This document shows, one piece after another, positions 30,030 to 38,849 of a stretch of 41,468 bases of DNA. The notes beneath the pieces were generated by a model. That model was not told the origin of the DNA, searched no databases, and saw only the letters and a list, made by a program, of their open reading frames with translations. The translations under genes were made by a program, and so were the position numbers. Source of the DNA: Malassezia furfur (Eukaryota). The stretch is taken from assembly GCA_052055015.1 (NCBI GenBank), contig JBQJIT010000047.1. One strand, 5' to 3'. Position 1 is the stretch's first letter, and every line of letters begins with the position of its first letter.

Positions 30030-31119
30030 ATGGCACGGACGCCATGGCTCACTACGCTCGCGGCCCTTGTCGCCGCCTACCTCATATGGCGCCGTCTGCA
30101 CATGCGCAAGCGCCGCCCTGCACGCATCACACCGAGTGGCGAGCGCGTCGCGATCCTCGGCGCATCGACCGAGGACGGTCTGGGGGCCACGTTCCTCCAG
30201 CACTACCTTGAGCGCGGTGCACGCCAGGTGGTGATCGTCGGCCGCCGTCGTGCTGCGCTCGAGGCCGTGCGCGAGGCTGTGCTGCGCCGTGTGCCCACCA
30301 AGCACCCGGATGCCGTGGTGCACGTGTTTGCAGCGGACTGCACCAAGACGGACGACGTCATTGCGCTGCGCGACTTTCTCCTCACCGAGCTGCACGGCCT
30401 CGACACGCTGCAGATCGTGTTTGGCGTGACGTCCATCCTGCCGATCCTTGGTCTCGCTAGCGTCGACCCACTCGGCGTGAACGCGCGCGATGCAGCGTCG
30501 CCCAGCGACGTGCATCCCACCGCCGAAGGCCTGACGTCCATCGCCGACACGGTGCAACACTCGTGCGATGGCAACATCAAGGGCACGGCGATCGTGCTTG
30601 GTGCCTTGGTACGTGCCCCTCTGACCCAGATCCCCGTCCTCCAGACCACATCGGCTGACCCCGTGGTCGTCGGCACGGGCTCCGTCGCGGGGCTGATCCC
30701 TGCGCCGACCCGCGCCGTGTACTGTGCGACCAAGTCTGCCCAGCACTATTTGCTCGACAGTGTCGCGCTCGAATGTGAAGCGCAGGCGGGCCACACCGTT
30801 CCGGGCACCGATAAGCGCCGTGCGCTCGTGCGCTTCCTCATTGTCGCGCCGGGACCCATCAAGAACTCGTTCGTCAAGACGTACGCGGTCGATTCGGGTA
30901 GTGGGCCGCGCGACAACCGTGAGCGCGCGCTCGACGTGCACGATGTCGTGCGTGAGACGCTCATGGCCGTCGACGCCGACCACATGGGCATGCTGGTCCT
31001 CCCGCGCCACGTCTTTTGGGCGTCGCTCCTGACCAAGTTTGTGTCGACGTACGTCCCCTCTGCTCACCTCCAGACGCGCGCTCATTGGCAAGATGTCCCA
31101 CCAACTGTATCACTACTAA
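30030..31119 (+). CDS. Membrane-anchored short-chain dehydrogenase/reductase (introns 30609-30629 and 31049-31073)
   Basis: N-terminal TM, ILGASTEDGLG, VGRR, catalytic S and YCATK; 348 codons when spliced. Confidence 0.85.
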
Positions 31120-31130
31120 CGGGGGGTATA

Positions 31131-31868
31131 TTAACGCTGTACATGGTTGTAGTGACCGGGCGTCCGGTTGCGGCACATCTCGCAGTCCTCGCGATAGCCC
31201 ATCGTGTAGCGCAGCAGGGGCCGGCCGCCAGGAGGGTCACAGCTGCGCACGCCTGGCGAGTAGCGGTAAGCGGGTAGCGGCGGCGCTGAGGCCTCTGCAG
31301 ACACGCGGCGCAGCGATGCGTCGCTCGGCACAGGCGGGCACTGTGAGGCCACCAGCGGGTGGCCGAGGCCCGTGTGTGGTGCAAGGGCTCCGGGTGCAAG
31401 CGCCGTGTCGTCGTCCATCGACAGCCGCGACAGCGCGAGTGGCGAGGGCGTCGGCGGCATGTATGAGGTATGCGTGCGGGGCGTGTGCGTATGCGCAAAT
31501 GCGTTCGTCGGGATCGCCGACATGGTTGCGTCGACGTCGAGCATCGGATCCAGCATGGCCGCGTCATGGTGCTCAGGAGATGCAGGCGGCGCGCGTGGCG
31601 GTGTGTCAAACATGCTGCTGCGCCACGCAGCAGGCCCAAAGGGTGCATTGGGTACCTCTTCGTCGCTCGGCGATGCAGATGACGGGCAGTGACGCCGCTT
31701 GCGGCGGTCATTGCCTTCCGCCGTGCGCATCTGCATCCACTTGGCATTCGGGGTGCCTCGGTCGTCGGTGCCGGCGTCGCTCGTGGTGCTGGAGTCAGAC
31801 AGAATGCTCCGACTGCGCTTGAGACCCAGTGGCCATGCGGACGTAGACGCAGCAGCGTCGACTTCCAT
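31131..31868 (-). CDS. Hypothetical disordered protein with a C-terminal CxxC...HxxH motif
   Basis: ORF 31131..31898, probable ATG 31868; ends RYTMGYREDCEMCRNRTPGHYNHVQR; fills the gap between neighbouring genes. Confidence 0.7.
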   Translation of the reverse strand: MEVDAAASTSAWPLGLKRSRSILSDSSTTSDAGTDDRGTPNAKWMQMRTAEGNDRRKRRHCPSSASPSDEEVPNAPFGPAAWRSSMFDTPPRAPPASPEHHDAAMLDPMLDVDATMSAIPTNAFAHTHTPRTHTSYMPPTPSPLALSRLSMDDDTALAPGALAPHTGLGHPLVASQCPPVPSDASLRRVSAEASAPPLPAYRYSPGVRSCDPPGGRPLLRYTMGYREDCEMCRNRTPGHYNHVQR

Positions 31869-32303
31869 CTTGGTGGACGTCGGACAATGTATGCACAATC
31901 AAGTGCACGGACAGCCAAGATTCCACGTGAAACTTCTGCCGCGGATTTAGATCAGGAGAGAAAAAAATACAGAAAACTGCCGCGACGCCGTGTAGCTACG
32001 CCAAGAAGCGAGGAACCGCCGACGCTGTGCGTGGCATCTACGATGCATCGCTGAGCCGGCACAGAGGCATACAGAGCAGATAGAATGGCACACAGACGGA
32101 CCTCAGTTGGGTTAAAAAGGACCACGAAACCGCCCTGGCCGCATCCGCGCCAAGAGAGACACGTAGCGCAAGCCCATATCAGGGCCGCGTCGAAGCACAC
32201 GCCGCAATGCAGCGTGCTTCGCCGCGCCCAGCTCGCGCAGCATGCATCCCGAAAGATGTTGTGTCCCTACTATATTCCTGTAGCCATTCGCGTGCGCTAT
32301 CAG

Positions 32304-33121
32304 CTACCTAAACTCCGGAACACAGAACTCGCCCGGGCCGTACGGCTTGTGCGTGAGCGTCCGCTCGTTGCCCGCGGGCGCCGAGTTCAGACGACCGTCT
32401 TGGTTGCCCGGCTTGACGTGCTCGCCGCGCTCGAGCGCGTCGATGATGCGGACCATGGACTGCGGCGTGAGGTCCTCCTGTGGTTAGTGGGTTGCGTTGC
32501 CGCAAAACGTACGTAGTAGTCGTCGTTGATCTGGACCATGGGCGCGTTCGCACACGCACCGAGGCACTCGACCTCGATCATGGTGAACTTGCCATCCGAC
32601 GTCGTCTCACCCGGGTGGATGCCGAGGCGCTCCTGGATGGCATCCAGGACGCTTTCCGCGCCGCAGCCTCCCAGCATGCACGGCGTCGTGGTGCACACCT
32701 GGATGAAGTGCTTGCCGACCGGGGTGCGGTTGAACATGGTGTAGAAGGTGGCCACCTCGTACACACGCATCGGCGGCATTTCCAAGAACTCGGCGACGTA
32801 GTTCATCGCGCTGATGCTCAAAAAGTTGTCATTCTGCTTCTGTGCGAGATGCAGCAGCGGGATGACTGCAGCCTTCTTGTAGTTCTCGGGGTAGTGGCTA
32901 ACGATCACGTTGGCCTCCTTCAGGTTCTCTTCCGTCCACGCAAACGGAATGGACGGGTTGTTGTACGGCGTGTCGCGGTGGACGAACAGCGCGTCCGAGC
33001 GTGCCGGCACGCTGCTCGACATGCTGCGGGCCGCCGCAATACGCGACGCACCCCAGCGGGGCGCGGATACCAACCCACGCAGAGTCGCCCGGAGGGCCGT
33101 TTGCCGCAATGCCGAAGCCAT
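32304..33121 (-). CDS. NDUFV2: NADH:ubiquinone oxidoreductase 24 kDa subunit (intron 32478-32512)
   Basis: [41 protein letters not shown]; 261 codons. Confidence 0.95.
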
Positions 33122-33203
33122 CGTGCTTGTGTAACGGCTCGCTGCTGGTTGGCCGCGCGGGCTTTGATGTACGGCACGTGACTTCCACCACCCTCCACGC
33201 GCG

Positions 33204-34613
33204 ATGGACGCCGTGTGCGCGGGGTGTGGTGCGGTGGGCACGGTGCACCGCGTGCCCGAGATCGACGGGCGCGTGTGCACCGCGTGTGCGGCGCTGGCAG
33301 ACGAGTGCGCACTCGATGCGCCCGTAGACGCCGCCGCCGACGCACACGAGCCTTGGCCCACTGACGCAGAACGGCGGCTCCGGCGGCACACCTACGACCC
33401 AGAGCACGGCCGCCGCGCCGCACACCGGCGGACGCGCGCGCACTATACGTCGATGATCCACAGCGCCGCCGTACGTATGGGGTACGCGTATGCAAGCGAG
33501 CGCAGCGCGGCCCTGTGGGGGCAGGTAGGCGCGACGCTGCCCCGCGCACAGGCTGCCGTCGCCGCCGCGGCGCTCTACGCCGTCCTGCGGCATGACCGGC
33601 GCGCCGTGGACGTCGCAGCCGTCGCGATCGCGATGGAGCAGCCGTACGACGCGGTTGTGCGTGCCCTGCGCACGCTGCGTACGCACCACCCGGTCGCATT
33701 TGCCGACGCACACGTCGAGGACCCCGGCGTGTACGTCGGCGCGCACCTCGCCTACCTCGTACGAGCCGCACCCGCGGCAGGCGAGCCAAATGGCCCGCTG
33801 CTGTCACGCGTCAACCTTGACGAGGCACAGCGGCTCGGCGCGGCGATCGCGCAGCAGTGCCGACTGTACGAACTCACCGGCCTCGACGCCCAGCCATTTG
33901 CATTTGCCATCGCCCTGCATGCGCTCGAAGGTGCCACGCAGCGCACGCTCGTCATCCGCGCGCTTGTTCCGCTCGCCACGCATGCGATGGCCGAGCAGCC
34001 CGTGCACGGATGCACGGCGGCGCCCGCATCCGGCTCGGCGTCGACGATCCTGGCGCGCTACGCCGAGGTCGGCAAGATGCTCGCTGCAGCAGTCGCTGCG
34101 CTGCCGTGGGCGCGGCCCGGCAAGCGGCAAGGTGCGCGGCGGCACACGGCGCTGTATGTGCGCGACCTTGTGGCGTACTGGGCGCAGCATGGGCACCCCG
34201 CCAAGACTGAGGCGCCCCGGGCGTGGACGAGCTGCTTCCATGCACCGGGTGCGGGCGCGGCGCGGCGTGATCGGCGCGGACCAATACCCACGTTGTCGCC
34301 GCCGCCGTCGCCGCCGTCGCCGCCGTCGCTTGCGCGACGTCTGCAACTCACCTCCGCGGCGATCGACGCGCTGAGCGACGCGCAGGTCGACCGCATGCTG
34401 TTTGCGCGCGCCGAGTTCAACAGCTACCTGCGTCCGCCCGCCGAGCAAGAGGTGGTGCGCCGGCTCAAGGGCTGGGATGCCACCGAGCGCGCAGCGACGC
34501 CGCCGCCGGCCCCGCTGCCCATAGATACCCCCCGGCGGCTGCGTGCGGCGCCGCATCTGTACACGCCGCTTGACCCTGCCGAGCTCTCTGAGGGCTCGGA
34601 CTGGGAGATGTAA
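33204..34613 (+). CDS. Divergent TFIIB-related factor (BRF2/BRF1-like)
   Basis: N-terminal CxxC-x16-CxxC zinc ribbon, cyclin-like [12 protein letters not shown]-terminal [13 protein letters not shown] resembling the BRF TBP-anchor block. Confidence 0.6.
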   Translation: MDAVCAGCGAVGTVHRVPEIDGRVCTACAALADECALDAPVDAAADAHEPWPTDAERRLRRHTYDPEHGRRAAHRRTRAHYTSMIHSAAVRMGYAYASERSAALWGQVGATLPRAQAAVAAAALYAVLRHDRRAVDVAAVAIAMEQPYDAVVRALRTLRTHHPVAFADAHVEDPGVYVGAHLAYLVRAAPAAGEPNGPLLSRVNLDEAQRLGAAIAQQCRLYELTGLDAQPFAFAIALHALEGATQRTLVIRALVPLATHAMAEQPVHGCTAAPASGSASTILARYAEVGKMLAAAVAALPWARPGKRQGARRHTALYVRDLVAYWAQHGHPAKTEAPRAWTSCFHAPGAGAARRDRRGPIPTLSPPPSPPSPPSLARRLQLTSAAIDALSDAQVDRMLFARAEFNSYLRPPAEQEVVRRLKGWDATERAATPPPAPLPIDTPRRLRAAPHLYTPLDPAELSEGSDWEM

Positions 34614-34626
34614 TCTATCCTGTATT

Positions 34627-36240
34627 CTACCCACCCGGCACTTCGGTGCGCTGCACACCGCGTGCGCGCTCGGGCTCCTTTTCGCCCACGAGGCCGTCGT
34701 ACCAGTCACGCGACAGGCCGGCCTGGGCGCGGTCGCCCTCGTTGAAGGGCCCCTTGAGCTTCCCGACAAAGTTGCGGCGCACCTCCTCGCGGAACACGGC
34801 AACCGGGTCGCGCGGAGGGTCGTGCGTCGCGCACAGGTACGTTAGCCACCGGTGACCTGCCGAGACGTGCGTAATTTCGTCGAGGTGGATCACGTTGAGC
34901 GCCGCGACGGAGCGTTCGTCGCCTGCGGCCGCAAACTTGCGGATGGTCACCGGGTTCACGTCGAGGCCGCGTGCCTCGTGCACGAGGTGGATGATGGCTG
35001 CGTCAGAAAGGCACGTACATAGGCGTGCGCTCAGACTTTCCGACGTCTCCACCGCCGACTCCCACAGGCCGTGGTGCACGGGCAGAGCGCCAAAGTAGCT
35101 ACCCATCTCCATGAGCCGCCGCTGCAGGAGCGTAAAGTGCTTGGCTTCGTCGAGCGCAACCTTAAGAAAGTCGGAGTAGAACTGCGTCGGAAGCGTCGGT
35201 TTCGGCGTCGGCTGCGCGTCCGTGCGCGCCGCCGTCGCACTGAGCCGCGGCGCACGGGCGAGGATGCTGCGTGAGCGGCGCACGTACTCCCAGGCCAGGT
35301 CGATCGCCCACTGCTCAATGTTGGCGAGCGCGTGCAGCAGCGCAATGCGGCTGCGCTCCGTGCCGCCCTTGCCGCGCTTGCCCTCGGCGCCCGGCGCGAC
35401 GCGGCGCTCGCTGGGGAGGCGCGGCGGCCATGCGGGCGGCGTCTCGCTCTCGGACGTCGTCCACACGCCGTCCGCTCCCCAGCGTCCGCCGCCGATCGTA
35501 CGACACTGCCCGTTCCGGAAGGCCTCGGCCGCGTACTGTGTGTAGGCGACCTTGGCGAGCGGCTCGGCGGTCGACAGCACCAGCGCTGCCCATGCACACA
35601 GCGTGCGCGGCGCAGGGTCGGGGCGCGGCACGGCCGCCCAGTCAAACGACGGCGCGGGCGCCTCTGCATCGCTCGGGGGCGCGTGCGGGGGGTCGCGCGG
35701 GATCTGTGCAAACGCTGCGTGAGCCGAGTCGGCGCACCTTCCGAGACGGCGCGCACCTCGACGACCTCCCACGGCGCCTCGGGGTCCGTGTGCGGCGTCT
35801 CAACCCACACGTCGCCGTCGCGTGTCGTGACTGCATACACACACGACGACAGGCCCGTCGATGACTCGCCCGTGCTCAGCTGGAAATCGTATTGCTGTGT
35901 GAGTTGGCCGGGGGAGACGCACATGCCACCTGCGTCAGTGCAGCGACATACGGGCTGCGTCAGCTGCGCCACGTACCACACCACTACCGTATCCTCCAGA
36001 TCGCCCGCGTCGCCCCGCTCCTCGAGCGCGGCGTGCTCGAGCGGCGCGCCGAGGTGGGGGCACGCGGCCTCCATGCAATAATAGGCCGCGTCTTCGGCAC
36101 CCTGGAACGAGAACAACACCGACTTAGCACACACACGTACACACCGAGTGGTAGGCATTCGTCTGCGTGTTGCGCAGCGTAATGTGATGGCGCGCGGCGC
36201 CGTCCAGCGCCGCGCGCGCCCCGACGCGCACCTGCGGCAT
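34627..36240 (-). CDS. Rieske [2Fe-2S]-DUF455 (ferritin-like di-iron) fusion protein, 7 introns (about 36119-36140, 35955-35976, 35930-35951, 35895-35922, 35715-35737, 35267-35287, 34998-35018)
   Basis: CPHLG and spliced CPWH Rieske motifs; HALANIEQWAIDLAWD, DEAKHF, HEARGLD and DEITHV in the DUF455 part; spliced length 485 codons. Confidence 0.85.
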
Positions 36241-36296
36241 AGGGGCGGCGAAAGAGGGCCACGTGGCTTCAGCGCGTCGCGCAGAACCACGACGAC

Positions 36297-36593
36297 ATGT
36301 TGGGCCGTTTGGTGCGCTATGGCGCAGACGCAATGATGGTGTCTACCATCCTTGCCGGAATCAAGCATGCCTCGGGTCTCTCGCTGGACGTGGAGCGGAT
36401 TAGCGAGCCGAACCTGCGTGGCTTCATGCGGCAGTACCTCAACGCCGGCGACTACCTGTTCAATGCCGGTGTGTCGTTCGCCCAGCACAGCAACTACTTC
36501 CGCGCCACGGGCACCCCAGGCCACATCTCGCTGTTTGGCGAGGACGGCCTGCACATTCGTCAATACCCCGGGCCGTCTGAGAGCAAGTGGTAA
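36297..36593 (+). CDS. Small fungal protein, DUF1748-like
   Basis: MLGRLVRYGADAMMVSTILAGIKHASGL...YLNAGDYLF...SNYFR pattern. Confidence 0.7.
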   Translation: MLGRLVRYGADAMMVSTILAGIKHASGLSLDVERISEPNLRGFMRQYLNAGDYLFNAGVSFAQHSNYFRATGTPGHISLFGEDGLHIRQYPGPSESKW

Positions 36594-36834
36594 GGCGGCC
36601 ACACACGCAGCCACCCAGCATCCGGTCGGCCGCGCGAGCACGCCCGTCGCGTATGCCCAAGCGTATGGCGCATAGCGTGTACTCGCTCGGCTTGCTACGC
36701 ATACATCCACGGATTTGAGTAGACGCTGTTGCCATACATCCTCTCGGCACCGCCGCCGCTCTCCGGCGCCGCGCCGCGCGTGCGGCTGGCGGCGGTTCGG
36801 CCACGTACCTCCACCCGCGAATTTCGCCCAATTC

Positions 36835-37575
36835 ATGCTGCCGCCGGGGTCGGTGCCGCTGGCGCACCCACGCGTGGGCGACGCACGCATACTCGTGCTG
36901 CCGCACCCGCACTCGGGCGTGCCAAGCTATTTCGCGCTGAGCGACACGGACGCACGCCTATACGAGGTGCTCGTCGTGCGCCCGGACGCGCCGCACGCGC
37001 GCAGTTGGTTCGTGGGCCATGGCGATGGCACGGCGCGCCCGGACGCGCCCGGCGCGGTGGTGCGCGACGGCGCATTGCGCGTCCTCTCGCCCATCGATCC
37101 AATATTTGTGCTGCTGGGCCTGCTGGCTGACGTAGATGCGCGGCATTTCCGTCCGCTCGACGACCTGGCCGAGTCGGCCGCGGAGCTGCACGCGCGCCGC
37201 CGCGCTGCGTCGGTGCCGGACGGCGGCGAGGCGCGGCCATGGCCGGACATTGCACCGTTTATGATGCACTCAGCGATGGCAGCGCACCTGCCACGCCTAT
37301 GCGACACGCAGTCCGAGGCGGCGGCGGACGCGGGGTGCGTGTACCGACTCAGCTGGGACAAAATCGGCGCCGAGCTGGACGCCAAGCGCGCACGGCTCGC
37401 GCAGTCGGCCGTGTGCGACGCAGCGCCCGAGACGCTCGGGCGTCAGGTGCGCAAGGCGCTGACCAACGCACACACTGCGACCGACGCCGAGGTGGCCGCC
37501 GCGCAGGCCGAGGCGGCGCGCGCCATGGTGCTGGCATACTGCCCGCCATCGGTGGCCGCACACTGGGGGGCCTAG
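36835..37575 (+). CDS. RNH202: Ribonuclease H2 subunit B (Rnh202/Ydr279)
   Basis: ILVLPHPHSG, RSWFV, DGALRVLSPIDPIFVLL, FRPLDD, YRLS motifs; ATG 36835. Confidence 0.8.
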   Translation: MLPPGSVPLAHPRVGDARILVLPHPHSGVPSYFALSDTDARLYEVLVVRPDAPHARSWFVGHGDGTARPDAPGAVVRDGALRVLSPIDPIFVLLGLLADVDARHFRPLDDLAESAAELHARRRAASVPDGGEARPWPDIAPFMMHSAMAAHLPRLCDTQSEAAADAGCVYRLSWDKIGAELDAKRARLAQSAVCDAAPETLGRQVRKALTNAHTATDAEVAAAQAEAARAMVLAYCPPSVAAHWGA

Positions 37576-37611
37576 GTATGGGTAGAGGAATATCTATACA
37601 TTCACATACAT

Positions 37612-38643
37612 CTACTGTACACTGGTGGGGAGCAAGGAAGCGAACGAGGGTTCGTTGGGCGCCGGTATCGACTCGACGGGCGAGGGTGCAATGGCCGGTG
37701 GCGGGATGGGCGAGAGCGCCCACGACCACTCCGCCTGGACGCTCGACAAGAGGCTCGGCGACGGCTCGTGTGCATAGGGGCCGCCGGCCGCTGGCGTCGT
37801 CCATTGCGCGGCATGCGCCGCTTCCGCGTCCTGCGGCATAGCCCAGTGCCACTCTTCTGGCTCGAGCGAATCGTATGGGATCCGACCAAATCGGAAGCCA
37901 GAATCGGAGTCGCGCGGCGAGGCCGTGTCCTCTCCCATGCGGTGGGTGCGCTGGAACACCGGCGATCGAGACCCGATGCGCAGCTGCCGTGCATCGGTGG
38001 GCGAGTGTGTCCCGCTGCGTGTCCCGCTGCGTGTGGAGCGCGAGCCTGCCTGCCACCGGTCGGACGATGCGAGGCGGTCAGTCGCAGCGCGTATGCGGCG
38101 GCGCTCGGCGTCAATATACGACGGGAAGGGGATGCTGGCCAGGTCGAGTTTGAGATCCATGTCGGGGAGTGACATGTGGCTTGCAGTCGCGTTGTCAGTG
38201 CGGCGGCGCTGCTGGAGCACGCCAATGTGGCGCGTTTCGATGTTGGATTGGGAGCGCGGCTTGCCGCCCGCCCGGCCGTAAAAAGCGGTCGATGCACTGC
38301 GGTACGGGTCGGCAATGGGTGATGCGGGCTCGAACGCAAACGGGTCGCCGCTCTGCTCGCCGAGGGTGAGCCCCTCGAGCCTTCGGCGAGCCTCGAGAAG
38401 GTGCTGCATCGTCTCTTCGTCGTCGCCCTCGTCCGATTCGTCGTAGTAGTCGTCCGAGGAAAACACTTCTTCCTCTTCGTCGGCGCCGGTCAAGGGCTCG
38501 CCGGTCCATGTGCGCTGCATCGAGTCGCGCCGTGCGAGCTCAATAGGCGACAGGAACCGCGAGGGCGGGAGCAGGTCAGTGAGCTCGAGGTCCGCGATCG
38601 CGGCGCCGCGCGGCTCCCCCCCGCTGCCCGGGCGCAGGGTCAT
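37612..38643 (-). CDS. Hypothetical protein (acidic, low-complexity)
   Basis: 344-codon ORF from ATG 38643 that fills the intergenic gap; no recognisable domain. Confidence 0.55.
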   Translation of the reverse strand: MTLRPGSGGEPRGAAIADLELTDLLPPSRFLSPIELARRDSMQRTWTGEPLTGADEEEEVFSSDDYYDESDEGDDEETMQHLLEARRRLEGLTLGEQSGDPFAFEPASPIADPYRSASTAFYGRAGGKPRSQSNIETRHIGVLQQRRRTDNATASHMSLPDMDLKLDLASIPFPSYIDAERRRIRAATDRLASSDRWQAGSRSTRSGTRSGTHSPTDARQLRIGSRSPVFQRTHRMGEDTASPRDSDSGFRFGRIPYDSLEPEEWHWAMPQDAEAAHAAQWTTPAAGGPYAHEPSPSLLSSVQAEWSWALSPIPPPAIAPSPVESIPAPNEPSFASLLPTSVQ

Positions 38644-38849
38644 GGCGGTGAGCACGAGCCCAGCGCGCGGCGCCCACGTGTGCTACACGTGATCGGCTGG
38701 AGGGCAGGGAAGGGGCCCAGGGTGGGCGGAGGCCGCGGCCGCGGCCGGGCGTACTCGGGCGACAGCGTGTGGCCAATGAGGGCCCACCTATTTCTGAGGG
38801 CCGCTCTTTCCTTCTCCCAAGCCACCGAGTGTTTGGCACGTTGACCGTG
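38644..38849. promoter_or_regulatory. Bidirectional promoter (hypothetical gene/NDUFS8) with two E-boxes and a G-tract cluster
   Basis: CACGTG at 38675 and 38686; five GGG tracts at 38702-38726. Confidence 0.5.

Noticed and set aside
38007..38034. 12-nt direct repeat GTGTCCCGCTGC x2
   Set aside because: Short coding duplication (TRSGTRSG) in a low-complexity protein, with no further structure.
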